DNA of 63,721 nt, filler included, from 13 parts of 13 records of this genome joined end to end with filler, not necessarily neighbours in it, one strand, 5' to 3'; shown: positions 25,301-36,811, counted from the first letter of the whole stretch. Notes: a model not told the origin generated them from the sequence alone. Translations and numbers: made by a program.

Positions 25301-27967
25301 ATGCTGTCCACGGCGGCATTTCTGGCAGTGACACTCAGCAGCAGCGCCGCGCTGCAGCAGGTGGGCCACGACTGGATCCGTGGCTCGGGCTTTGCGGGCG
25401 GGCCGATGGCGGCAGCGCAGACGCCACTGGCCAGTTCTGCGTCGAACCACAGCTTGGCGGCGCTGGCGGCCACAGGTGCGACTGTCGTGCGGCTGTACTC
25501 GACGTGGTACATGGCGAGCCCGAGCAGCACGGCTATCGGACCGAAAAATACTGCCGCGTCGCCCCTGCGTAGCGAGACTGATGCGGAGCTGCGTGATACA
25601 CTCGCCATGGCAGCGCAGCTGGGGCTCCGCACAATTCTGTCGCCGCGGGTGGACTTCGACTGGGACCAGGCACAAATGGCGGGCTCGGCGCCGTATAACA
25701 CGAGCGTCGGCGCGCTGGGTGCGAGTTTTTCCGCCGCGCAGTGGCGCGCATGGTTCGTGGCGTACCGCACATTCGTACATCACCACGCTGCCATCTGTGC
25801 GGTGGCGCCACGATGCTCTGGGCTGGTGCTGGCGGACGAGCTGCGTAGTGCCTTCACATCTGTAGACGAGACCGGCTGGCGGACGCTAGCAGACAGCACC
25901 AGACAGCTTCTGCCGGCCGGTGCCAGCCTGCTCGTCATGACCTCACGCCCTGATGCGGTGACTTGGTGGGCAGCAGTTGACTACATCGGCTTCAATGCCG
26001 AGCAGACACCTCTCGCAAGGTACACGTACACGAAGGCCCCCGACGAGGCGGTAATCACGTCAGGCATTCACGTACCCTGGCCACCCTTGCCGTTTGAATC
26101 GACTCCAATGAAGCTCGGCCAAGTTACGTGGGGCGGCAACGTCACGCTGCTACAGTGTGAGGCAGCATGCTCCAGCGGCGTGTCTCACTCGTCCGGCGTC
26201 TGCACCGCAATCCAGTGGGACTCAGCGACCAAACAATGCTACCTTTACGCCCATGTGACAGGGACTAAACCGGCTGGTAGCTCGACGTGGCGCTCGTTCA
26301 AGCAATCGCTCGCACATGGCAGCGCCGCTTCTTGCAGCGATACCGCGGGGCTGGTAGCCAGCTGGCAGGCCGATGGGATTCTCGAGACTCTAGCCGCGCT
26401 GCACAAGCGCCACAATAAGACCGTAGTTGTGAGCTTCGGATACCAGAGCCGACCCGACGCCCATCGCGCACCAGCAGGTGCGTTGCGTCCAGGGTACACA
26501 GACTGCTCCGTCTGGATGCGTTGCTACGACGACGCCTGCCAAGCATCACTCGTGCAGGCCGCGCTGACTGCCTTCTCCAGCGAGGCATTCTTCGGTGGCG
26601 CATTGTACTCGTACTGGAGCACGGACCCATCGCAAGGTGGCCGTAGCGACTCTTCACGGGCAGTGCGTGGGAAATCTGCAGAAGGGGTGCTCAGAAAGTG
26701 GTTTGGCGCCGAGTCGGTAGCTGTACCGCCTATCGATGTCTCACTAGCGCTCCCAGACACTACTGATTTAGTGAAGAGTGCGACTGCAGCGTCTTCGATA
26801 CTTGAAGCCTCGTCCGGTCCAGCACCTGCAGGTATGCGCAATGGCTATGTGTTTGGCACCGGCGAGTGGAGCGCGGCGAACCTCACCCTTACGGAGGTCA
26901 AGCAAAGCATGGATAATGCCGTGGCTGCTGGTGCTAATGCGCTGGAGTTCATGGTCACTTGGTACGCGTTGGATGGTGTCGAATCTACTGTGTTTTATCC
27001 AGCAAACGACAGCTCGCCGTTGGCAACAGTCAGTGACACTGATTTGACTGCCTTGTTCAAGTACGCCAAGCAGCAGCACAATTTGACGACTGCATTCACG
27101 CCGTTTCTCGACCCTATTTGCAATGATCCAAGCAATGGTTGCTTGAATTACTGGCGGGGGCAGCTCTGTCAGGGTTTCAACACAAGTCAGTTTGACGCTT
27201 TCTTTGCTAATTACTCAGCGATAATTCTGCGGTATGCCAAGCTAGCGGAGGCTTCCGGTGCGGTCGACGAGTATTTTGTCAGCCACGAGCTCATGACGTG
27301 CGTGAAGTCCGCGCCAGCGCACTACTGGACCACGTTGCTGACTGAAACTCGGAAAGTCTTCTCTGGGAGGTTAGCAGTGGCTCTCAATTGGGGTCCTTTC
27401 ACAAGTCAAAACCCTCAAATCATTCCAGGGTGGCTGAGCGAGTTGGACTTCCTTGGACTCGACTGCTATTACAATAACCCCGTGGCGAGCAGCTTGCCAC
27501 CATCACGGCCTTGGCAACTTCCAACGCGCGAGCAGCTCTTGGCAGGCTGGACTACCACACCCAGCGTGGGTTCGCTCCCATGGGTTGAGGCAATCGCGAA
27601 CTACTCAAAAGCGCTCGGTGATATCAGCATCGTCTGTACAGAGGTTGGCTATCAATCGAAACCTAAACCCTGGATCAATCCGGCTGGGACGGCTAGTCTC
27701 GATACGAGGGACTGCACAGTGCAAAGTCTCTGCGTCTCCACGGCCTCGCAAGCTTTGAGCTACGAGGTGCTATTCAGTGCACTTTATCCTCAAAAGTGGT
27801 TCGGTGGGTTTTACCTTTGGCTCTGGCGCAGCGACCCTTCCGCAGGGGGACCGTCGGACGACTCGTTCGGTGGCGCTGGTAAGGTGGAGACCCTGGCAGT
27901 GCTGGACCGTTGGTGGAAGCAAAAGAAGCCTGTCATTGGTGACGCTAGCGAACCAGCATCTCTTTAG
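25301..27967 (+). CDS. Secreted protein with two GH113/GTA-TIM-barrel-like domains and a PAN/apple-like insert; intronless
   Basis: Signal peptide MLSTAAFLAVTL; duplicated motifs W/FF-x2-Y-x2-(F/I)-x2-(H/Y)A, (D/H)EL, D(Y/F)(I/L)G, GYQS, DC(S/T)V, FGG-x3-W-x-(T/S)DP; CEAAC...CTAIQWD...CYL apple-like. Confidence 0.75.
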   Translation: MLSTAAFLAVTLSSSAALQQVGHDWIRGSGFAGGPMAAAQTPLASSASNHSLAALAATGATVVRLYSTWYMASPSSTAIGPKNTAASPLRSETDAELRDTLAMAAQLGLRTILSPRVDFDWDQAQMAGSAPYNTSVGALGASFSAAQWRAWFVAYRTFVHHHAAICAVAPRCSGLVLADELRSAFTSVDETGWRTLADSTRQLLPAGASLLVMTSRPDAVTWWAAVDYIGFNAEQTPLARYTYTKAPDEAVITSGIHVPWPPLPFESTPMKLGQVTWGGNVTLLQCEAACSSGVSHSSGVCTAIQWDSATKQCYLYAHVTGTKPAGSSTWRSFKQSLAHGSAASCSDTAGLVASWQADGILETLAALHKRHNKTVVVSFGYQSRPDAHRAPAGALRPGYTDCSVWMRCYDDACQASLVQAALTAFSSEAFFGGALYSYWSTDPSQGGRSDSSRAVRGKSAEGVLRKWFGAESVAVPPIDVSLALPDTTDLVKSATAASSILEASSGPAPAGMRNGYVFGTGEWSAANLTLTEVKQSMDNAVAAGANALEFMVTWYALDGVESTVFYPANDSSPLATVSDTDLTALFKYAKQQHNLTTAFTPFLDPICNDPSNGCLNYWRGQLCQGFNTSQFDAFFANYSAIILRYAKLAEASGAVDEYFVSHELMTCVKSAPAHYWTTLLTETRKVFSGRLAVALNWGPFTSQNPQIIPGWLSELDFLGLDCYYNNPVASSLPPSRPWQLPTREQLLAGWTTTPSVGSLPWVEAIANYSKALGDISIVCTEVGYQSKPKPWINPAGTASLDTRDCTVQSLCVSTASQALSYEVLFSALYPQKWFGGFYLWLWRSDPSAGGPSDDSFGGAGKVETLAVLDRWWKQKKPVIGDASEPASL

Positions 27968-28799
27968 TTCGACGATTGCGTTGGTGCCGAGCACATATAT
28001 TTCATGTACTAATCAGTATCAACGACGGTGAATCTGCACGGTGTGCTGGCCATGGTGTGTGTTGGATATTGTACTGCTAGTGCACGCGAGCGTAGCGTAC
28101 AGGCTGTCGGCCTTTACTGATGGCTTCGTGATCATGGTAAATAATGCTTATGCATGCTGATATTTCACGGCAACCCTCCCTTTATCACTCATTGCCCGCC
28201 CACAATCACACCCACGCTACGATCTAAATGAGCTACGAGGAGTTATTCCGAGCGCAGTTTGTAAATGCTAAGATAGACCAGACGTGCGGTGGCGCATACA
28301 AGATACCAGTACGTGTACCTGTTAGTGCTACCAGATGTATACGCGGATTGCAATCATGGCGCCTACGCACACGCGCCCTCAGCGTGCACCGACCGCCGCG
28401 CCGCGCCGCTAGCTAGGGGTCATCATGCACGGTGCATGCTGGCTGATGGCCGACGAATCGCATTGTGGTGGCCCAGCACGCAGCGTGACGACGCGCGCAC
28501 GCATTCGCGACGACGCACGCCGGCCGCGGCAGCGTCGTCCCCGTCTGCGTGCGGGAGCATATGGGCGGCACCCGCAGCGCCAAAAAGAAGGCAGCCCCAA
28601 AGAAGCGTTCGCCGCGCCCTACGTCCCACCCACCACTGTGAGTGCTACCCACAACCCACCTGACAGTGACACGCAGACACACTGTCACACCAGCGCAGCC
28701 ATTCACTCCCGCGACTGAATCTTCTGACCTGTCTGACTGAATCTCTGCACTGATACTGCTGCGAACCGCACTGCTGGACCACTACGCTCCGCCACCAGC

Positions 28800-29178
28800 T
28801 TGCCCGCAGACATCGGGCTGGTCTCACTGCTGCCATTCTCTGCTGCCCGCAAACGCGGTCGGCTCGATCTGGAAGGGGCCGCTGCGGCTAAGCGAGCAAA
28901 GCTGCCGGGCTGCCTTCCTTCCGCAGCAGCTGCAGTGCCAGGTGTGCGAGAGGCCACAGGCGTCCGGCTGGCCGCAAACAGCCTCGCCTGGGCGCGGCAG
29001 CAGTCCTGCGAGAAATGGTACCCTGTACAGGTTGAGACGGAAACATTTGAGTCGGATGGGCGCGTCGTGGTCTTGAGCTTGATCCCCCCTCACACTCGCG
29101 AGAGCTTGCTCGTCGAAAATGTCAAGGGCCACTCTGACTCGACGGACTGGCAGGAGAAAGAAATCAGGATGGCTGCTG
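28800..29178 (+). CDS. Possible PWWP/Tudor-like protein fragment, 3' partial
   Basis: LAWARQQSCEKWYPVQV resembles VWAK-x2-G-x-PWWP; NLS-like RKR...KRAK; start not defined. Confidence 0.35.
29149..29178 (+). repeat. 30-bp terminal inverted repeat, right copy
   Basis: ggcaggagaaagaaatcaggatggctgctg. Confidence 0.95.
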
Positions 29179-29278
29179 NNNNNNNNNNNNNNNNNNNNNN
29201 NNNNNNNNNNNNNNNNNNNNNNTTAATTAATTAANNNNNNNNNNNNNNNNNNNNNNNNNNNNNNNNNNNNNNNNNNNN
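29179..29278. other. Artificial contig spacer
   Basis: N44-TTAATTAATTAA-N44. Confidence 0.98.
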
Positions 29279-29505
29279 ACAAAGCCAAGCACCGGTGATC
29301 CGTGACCCCGTCGCCTGCACCACCTCCGGGGTGGCCGGGCGCGGGGCGGGGGGCGATAAATTCGGGTACCAAGTTTTCAAAGAGGGCGAGGGTTCGAGGG
29401 TTTCGGCGCATGCTCAAACCATGCGGCACGTATGAACTGGCGGGGCAATAGAACGAAAGCGCGTGCATGCACAACAATACTTGTGTTGAAGTTGTTCATA
29501 ATGCA

Positions 29506-32500
29506 TCACTGCTGTGATTGCTTAATCTGCAATTGCAGACTCGCCACGCGCCTCTCTAGTTGCTTAACCTGGGCATCCTGGTTCAATGCCTTGCCGACAC
29601 CATTCTGAGACAACAAACGAAAAGCTTTAGTTCAGCAACACTACAATGTTGAGCGCAACTGTTCCCCACCTTGATGCGACTGGCGCGCGTTGCGTACGCA
29701 AGAGCACTGCGGCTCTCATCCAAATTAGTAGTTGCAGGCGAAATGTTGACAAACATGAGCGTCTTGGCATTTCCGCCCAATGAATCTGCCATCAACTCCG
29801 TCAGTGGATGGTTGCGATAAGGTACACCCGTCTTGTTTTGATCCGAGGTACCGCGCTTAGTAAGTGCATCGATGACATCTAGTAGTGATGAGAGCGACTT
29901 GTTGATTTCAACAGCTTCTTTGAAACCATCTCCCACAACTTCTGACCGTTTGACCTTTTCTGAACCGGCAAGGTCTACAAGCGATAGCTTGCCGAAGCGC
30001 TTGGAACCGTCAGGGCCTTTCGAGGTCACCAGCAACGAAAAAATCAGATGCGAGCGCGAAGATTGCGCATTCAGGGATGTTTTGGAGACGTGGCGCTTCT
30101 TTTCTCCGTCAGTAAGCAGCTTCAACACTTCGGCAGCGCTGGTGACCTTCGTCTCTGTTATCTGCAAGCATGACGACAACTTGAAACGTAAGGTGACAGT
30201 GTACCGGATTTGCAAAAACTTAGCAAGACTCGCACATTCTGAATGCTAGTAACGCCAGATGCGTCCTTCCTGACACGCAAGACTGGCGGGTCCTGCTGTG
30301 GTTGAAGGAGCAAATCTCTCCATTTGCCCTGATGATGCAATCAACGTGAGACTTCCAGATGCGAAGAATTGGTGCATGATTAGCCGCGCACCAAGTACAG
30401 CTCTGCCATATAGACCGACACAGAATACTCTCCACCTCGCTTTGATTGGGACTCAATCGAAGCCCATATGCTCTCGATGGCGCGAGGAGTTAGTCCGGGC
30501 ATTTCGTTATCGCCGTACATTGTATGCGTCTTTCCGCCTGTAGCGCATACACAGGAACTCGATATTGTAAATCGACGAGATATTTAGAGATGACAATCCT
30601 GAGGAACAACATACGCAGCTGAGACGACACTCACTACCACTCTGGCCGTAAGCGAAAATGCAGGCGTTGTAGCCATCAAATACAGACTGTATCAGCTCCT
30701 GTGACTCCTTGAACACGTCTACTTGCGTGGAAGTCTCCGCAAAACACCCACTGAACTTGAAGGATTTAATCCCATTGCCTTGCGCGTCAGGTATACGCAC
30801 GATCTCTCGCCCATCTGTGGTGACAATAGATTTGTCGCCACGCTCCTTTTCAAACGGTAGCAGTGGCCGGATGCGAGCATACACACGGATATTGCCTGCC
30901 AGATCCTGGAGCTTGTTGTGCAGCTTGCGTCGCTGCTGAGCCTCAGTATGGAACTGCTCTTCAACTCTGTAGTATCTAGCTCGAAGTGCCGCTGTCAGCA
31001 GAGAGCAGGCAACCAAGTCCTTTTGGGTCGCTTTGTCGTGTTCTATCGCTTGGTCCTCCTCGGTGACGTGCTTGGCATTAAGTTTGCTCTGTAGTTTAGC
31101 ATGCGCCAACTCTCTACGGACGGTAGCCAAAGACCTGTTCCTTGCGTGGGCAGTACTCGCAGCTGCTGACAATCGGGCTTGCAGATCTTTCTCGACGCTC
31201 AGCCAGTGCTCGCGCTCACGTACTGTAGCTAGATGCATGCTGCGAGATTGCTTATGCGCCAGCTTTTCGGCCAGCTTCGCGTGATGTAGCTGTGAATTTA
31301 GCATTTTCACATTGTCCTGAAGGTTCAGTACTTGCTCCTTCAACACACCAGTTGCCTTACCTGATTCCGTGGCATCACCATCGACGACAGCATCCTCTGA
31401 AGTCTGTAGCTCGCTGAGCTTTGCGTTTCGAGCGTCAGCAGCCTTGGCATGCTCCGCCGCAAATTCCTTGGCTTGCTGACTCATATCACGCAGTTGTTCA
31501 TGAAGCTGTGCAATTTCAGAGCGAGCAGCCTTCAGTTCCTGTTTCGAGTGTACATCTGCCTGTTGAAGGTGGCGCTTTTCACGCAACAAGTCGTTGCGCT
31601 CTTCCAGCAAGCGGTTGATCTTTGAGGTCATTGCAGCCACGTCCTCTTCGCTGGCGTCTGTGCCCATCTTGAATTCTTCTCCACTTTGAACTGCGTCCGC
31701 CTCAGTCTCGGGTGCCTCCTGCGAGACAGGAGCCGCCTCGACAATGCGCTCACAGTAACTTGTCGGGAAAAAGCCCATTTTCCCGTTAGTGCGGCCGATG
31801 CTCCAACCCTCCCAGTCAGGAACATGATCACTGAGCACGTCGATAATGTCATCAAGTTCGAACTTCAGATCGTCGTCCTCGTCACTGCCACCACTGCTTT
31901 TAAACAACGCGCGTGCTCTGTACAGGGCTGTGTTATCAAACGGAAGTGCTACGCTGGCAACATCCTCAACGTTCTGTTTAGACTGTCGAAGTGGAGCGGT
32001 GTCTTTCACAATGGTTTCCCCTTCATCATGCAACGTTTCATCGTCCAGGTGACGGCCCTCCGTTTCCTCGTCGTTTTCTGTGATTTTTGTATCGCCGCGA
32101 AGCGCCGCTTGGATCTCGCTTGAGTTGGTCACAGCAAACGCCTGTTCTCCATCCCCATCCAAAACGGTTGTTGACGCTCCAGCGTCAACAAGAAGGGTGC
32201 AGCAGGATACTGAGTCGATGTATGCTGCGAGATGGAGTGGTGTGGTACCACAAACATCCGTGGCATCGATGGCTGCCACCGCCTTGCGAGTCAGTAGTAG
32301 CTCTACGACTTCACTGGAACGACTGTAGGCCGCAAGCAATAGCACACTTTCCTCATCATGAGTAACCCAGTTTCCTGCTGGGCCATCATGCTTCAGCTTG
32401 TGTAACTCCTCCGCCATGTCGGACGGTACCACGGGGACCTGGCTTGCATCGAGCAAGGCAGCCACACAGTCTGCTGCTGGTAGCAGCGCCGCGTAGTGAA

Positions 32501-32948
32501 GCGCGGTGCAACCGTTCGTATCGACGGCGTGAATATCTGCCCCGTTTTTCAGCAGAATTTTCACAGCATCTGCATGCCCACCAGCGCAAGCTGCGTGCAA
32601 CGGAGTGCCATGCCACGACCACTCTTTCTGCGCAAGCAGGTCTTTCTTCTCGGTATCAGTGTGCGAATTTAGCTTCCTTTCGATCTCTGCTGAATAACCA
32701 GCGAAGGCCAAGTCACTTAGGACAGGGTTGGGCGGCTGGTCCTCATAGATTGCATCTTCCTCCAACACGAACATTGTGCTGCGCAGATCCTCGATGCGTT
32801 GCTCGCTAGTACCCGTGCCTGACAAGCCGGGTGATGGATGACGCCGGTGGGGCAACCAAAGGTCGCCGTAGGAGGTCGAAGCGAGGCCACCACTCGGCGC
32901 TCCATCTGGCAGCCCAACTACGGCAGGCGTGCTCGCACCACCTCCCAT
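29506..32948 (-). CDS. C-terminal-motor kinesin (kinesin-14-like) with N-terminal ankyrin repeats, SH3 domain and coiled coil
   Basis: MGGGAS start; GTPLHAAC, GCTALHYAA, GTTPLHLAA; SH3 ARALF...DLKFELDDII...WSIG...GFFPTSY; neck RRKLHNKLQDLAGNIRVYARIRP; FAYGQSGSGKT across an intron; SSRSH, LVDLAGSE, INKSLSSL, VPYRN, DSLGGNAKTLMFVNISP. Confidence 0.92.
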
Positions 32949-33729
32949 GAAGTGCTCTGCAGCTCTCGCCCACCCCAGCGCCCGTGTTGATCAGTTCCAC
33001 CGCGAGCGCCAGAGCCGCGGCACTGCGTGCTCCGCAAATCAACACGCGCCGCGGCGCGCGCGCGGCCTCCACGCGTACGCGCGCGCGGCCCGCATCGTAC
33101 TACGCAGAATTGATCGTTTCGCGTACGCACGCGCGTCGCATGCGTGCGCGCGTCGCGAACGTCGCGGCGGTTCGATTCTCGTACTCGAGCAACGTTATAC
33201 GTTTTTCGGACTGTGAACTTGTGAAGTGCTCAGGTCCACAAGCAAGTGGCTTGTCCTTGAACTCAGCTTGGCGCCGGTTGCTCCTCCCGACGTGGCCACG
33301 ACAGAGGACGACAGTTCTCAAACCGGCGTTTGGTTGGTCTTGGGAAAATAAGCGCATTTTCTGAGGCGCATTTTCGCGGAAGATGGAAAAATGGCACAAC
33401 CAGCGCCAAATTAGGCACAAATACATGTATCTCTGTGGGGCTGCGGGGCTGTTGCCGACCGCTTGAGGGCGTTCGGCTGGGCTGGGAGGCTGTGTGGGTG
33501 GGTGTAGCAGCCGGTGCAGGTGTGTGTTGGGGTGTGTGACACGATCATCATCACGGGAGGGATCAGGGATGTCGTTTCGGTATGAGGTGCAGGTGTCACA
33601 CGAGAGGTACACACTGTGTACTATACACATAATATTCACATAATAATGCCCTTCGCCAAATTCGAACCACGGTACCGTACTGTACTGTAAAATAGTACTT
33701 ACCAAGCGTAGCAAGATCGGAGATCGAGG

Positions 33730-33829
33730 NNNNNNNNNNNNNNNNNNNNNNNNNNNNNNNNNNNNNNNNNNNNTTAATTAATTAANNNNNNNNNNNNNNN
33801 NNNNNNNNNNNNNNNNNNNNNNNNNNNNN
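33730..33829. other. Artificial contig spacer
   Basis: N44-TTAATTAATTAA-N44. Confidence 0.98.
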
Positions 33830-34117
33830 CTTCACAGGCGCGGGGCGTTTGCCCGCCACCAAACGAACCCACAATTCAAAACAAATGTACAGTATATTAT
33901 ATATACAAGACTGAGACTCGACCACACCGCCTGATGAACACCAAGCCATGCACCAAGCAAGCCTGCAGATGCACGCGCGACTGGCCAAGCACGTGATGAC
34001 GAAAAGTTCTAAAATGATCGTTTTCGCGCCTGCCGGGAGCGGCTACACCTACAGACAGCAGGGTAGACGGGGCGTAGGGCCGTAGGCGCCGCCCGTCGGT
34101 CGCATGTGGGCAGCACG

Positions 34118-35203
34118 ATGATGGCGATCCACCCGACGCCGCCGAAGCGCGGCCCCCGTCGGAGGCAGCGCCCGCCCGCTTTCGTGGACGAAGGGTTCGC
34201 TGCGGTGCTGAGCCGAGCCGCGGCGCAGGCGGATGCGGTGGCGATCGGTGGGTCACGTCAGCAGCACCGCGGCGATCGACACGGTCGCAGAACGGCTGCG
34301 GGTGCAGTCGCTGGCGCCCACACGGCGACGCGTGCGCCTGGGCTACTGCTGGCTGCGGTGCAGCCTGGTCGTGGACCACGAGCGAGGATGGAGGGTAGGG
34401 TGCGCTCCCGCCCGGAGCCTGCCGTAGCTGCAGCAGACGGATCCGGACGCCATCACGCGTCACCATCGAGGAGCAGGGCGCTGGCGCCGCGTTCGGCGGC
34501 TGCGGCCAACGCACGCACACAAGAGCGGCCACGGTCAGCGACAACTCGACGCCAGCGACCAGTGAGTGGGTCCCCGACGAAGCCTCGACGCCGGCGCTCG
34601 GCGCCGTCTTGCGCGCCTTTCGCAAGCCAGAATTGGCCAGTGGTTCCACACCCGCCAGCAAAGAGCATCGCCGCCGCACCACTCTGGCACTGGAGCGGTG
34701 ATGCACTAGCGAACGTCGTTGGCGCTGCGTCGCGCTACAAGAGACCAGCAAGACGGCAGCACGGCCTTGATGACACCCCGTCTATGGTCGCTGATGAGGC
34801 TGCGAAGAGCGCCGGATCCGAACTGTGGACACGGCAGTCAGAGCAGCAGGTGCAACGCTGGCTGCGCGACCGGCGGATACTGCCATCTCACGCACGTCAG
34901 ACACTAGCACCCGCACTGCAAGCGCTGGATTTTCCAGAGCAGGAGTGGGTTGCTACTCTCGATGAGATGGGCACTGACGGCGTCCGTGCGCTCATAAAGT
35001 CTGTTCAGGACCAGCAGGAGGAGGAAGCAAAGGAAGCGGCGGCCGCGGCGGAGGCAGACGTTCAGATGGAGCTGCAGATAGAGATGCCGACCGATCCTAT
35101 CGAGTTGGAGGCCCTGCAGCTGCAGATCAGAACTGATATGGCCGCGGCGCTTGGTGTGGATGTGAGTCAGGTTGGGGAAATTGAGCTGTCGGCACCAGAT
35201 TGA
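34118..35203 (+). CDS. Hypothetical protein (low-complexity N-terminus, possible SAM-like helical domain)
   Basis: Long ORF; W-x5-QVQRWL pattern; acidic C-terminus. Confidence 0.5.
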   Translation: MMAIHPTPPKRGPRRRQRPPAFVDEGFAAVLSRAAAQADAVAIGGSRQQHRGDRHGRRTAAGAVAGAHTATRAPGLLLAAVQPGRGPRARMEGRVRSRPEPAVAAADGSGRHHASPSRSRALAPRSAAAANARTQERPRSATTRRQRPVSGSPTKPRRRRSAPSCAPFASQNWPVVPHPPAKSIAAAPLWHWSGDALANVVGAASRYKRPARRQHGLDDTPSMVADEAAKSAGSELWTRQSEQQVQRWLRDRRILPSHARQTLAPALQALDFPEQEWVATLDEMGTDGVRALIKSVQDQQEEEAKEAAAAAEADVQMELQIEMPTDPIELEALQLQIRTDMAAALGVDVSQVGEIELSAPD

Positions 35204-35452
35204 TTTGTCCGGACAGGCATGCAGACCGGAGGGAGCCTCCAAGCGGTGTCCTAAGATTCAGATTACAACAGACCAGTTGTTTTGGACTGTCTTACAGACC
35301 CGAACTTCGGATACATGCAGCCGTGTCGGGCACTCTTTCGCAAGCGGTTCAGGATGTTGTGTCGTGACGGCTGTTCCATCGGCTGGCATTGAGAGCCCCC
35401 GGGGAGCACTGCCGTGCCGGTATGGCCTTTGCCCGGCACTATACACTAGGTA

Positions 35453-36811
35453 CTACAATTGATGATTGCTTGAGTTAACACAGGTGGGGAAATTCGCCAG
35501 CCTTCCGCCAACCTTCGCTGATACACCTGCCAGGCGAACATCAGCATTCTCACAGCTGCCGATGGCCTTTGCTTCTTCAACGGTGAAGTTCTCAAGTGTC
35601 AGGCCTACGATCTGCTGCTGCGCTGCGGGCGATCTATAGCCGCCGACCTCAAATGCTGAGTACACCGCGTCACCCACACAAATATTCTTTGCAGTGATGT
35701 TCATGATGCGGATTGTCCCTGTATCATTGCAACTGGTGACACTTGGTGGCGTGCCATAGCGCGATGCATAGACCCCTTGACCCATGTTGCTGCCGGTCAG
35801 ATTCTCGTAGTGAACGTTGCGCACGAAGCCACCGCGTCCGCATTCGTTCTTGATCTTTACCATCGCCACGCCGTTTCCCGGGCTGTTGAGTAGGCGGGAA
35901 TTGGTGATCAAAACGTCTTCCACCCCTCCCGAGATCTCAGAGCCGATGGTTATTCCGTGAGCGGCAATGCATGTGACGTTGTTGACGTAGATGCGACGGG
36001 AGGGCCGGCGGCACACCTTGTAGTATGGGAGCGTCCAGTTGACCTGCACGCCCGACTTGATTGCCACGCAGTCATCCCCGGGCCCTTCATACAAACTGTC
36101 CTCAAAACTAGCATCCTCAGAACCCATTGGATCGAAGCCGTCGGTGTTAGAATGATGAGCTGCCTCGCCTGAGATGTGTAGCCGCAAAAACTGCACTCGC
36201 TTGGAGAAAATTGGTACAAGTGTCCAGGCTGAAGAGTTGCGAACTGTCAAGTCGCTGACTTTGACGTCTTCGCATTGCACAAACGTGAACATATTGGACC
36301 GGTTTCCGTAGTCGTGGTTAAACCACTGGCCCGCGCCGTCGACAACGGCACCAGACCCTAGCGGTGTGTCCGGCGGGCCGCCTCGAATCGTGAAATTCTT
36401 CGCTAGGTTGGCCCAGAACAGGCCACCTCGTGGGCCCGGAGACATGACGCGCGGGAATGAGAGCCCACCAGGCATCATTGCGTTCGGACCGTCGCACTCT
36501 GGCGGAAAAGTCAGGTCGGCGCCAGTGCGAGTCCAGTGCTCGGGCGCGGAGCTCCCGCGGACGCTCGAGTTCTGCGCAATGTCGAGCACGACGTGGCTCC
36601 GCAGCTCGATGCCGCCAGTGACGTAGACCCCACCACCGCGCATGCGCACTGTCCCCCTTCCCGCCGCCGCTACAGCAGCAATCGCGGCGTTAACGCCGGT
36701 GCCACTGAACGTTCTGCCGTCCGCCGCCGCGCCATATGCTTCCACGTCCACCTCCAGCGCGGAAGCAGCGCGGAGGGCGGCCAGTGCCCACGCCAGCAGT
36801 GCCAGCCCCAT
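35453..36811 (-). CDS. GH28 polygalacturonase-family glycoside hydrolase, secreted, intronless
   Basis: Signal peptide; YGAAADG; NTDG, GDDC, HGITIGSEISGGV, KIK (RIK motif), RGGFVRN. Confidence 0.93.
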   Translation of the reverse strand: MGLALLAWALAALRAASALEVDVEAYGAAADGRTFSGTGVNAAIAAVAAAGRGTVRMRGGGVYVTGGIELRSHVVLDIAQNSSVRGSSAPEHWTRTGADLTFPPECDGPNAMMPGGLSFPRVMSPGPRGGLFWANLAKNFTIRGGPPDTPLGSGAVVDGAGQWFNHDYGNRSNMFTFVQCEDVKVSDLTVRNSSAWTLVPIFSKRVQFLRLHISGEAAHHSNTDGFDPMGSEDASFEDSLYEGPGDDCVAIKSGVQVNWTLPYYKVCRRPSRRIYVNNVTCIAAHGITIGSEISGGVEDVLITNSRLLNSPGNGVAMVKIKNECGRGGFVRNVHYENLTGSNMGQGVYASRYGTPPSVTSCNDTGTIRIMNITAKNICVGDAVYSAFEVGGYRSPAAQQQIVGLTLENFTVEEAKAIGSCENADVRLAGVSAKVGGRLANFPTCVNSSNHQL

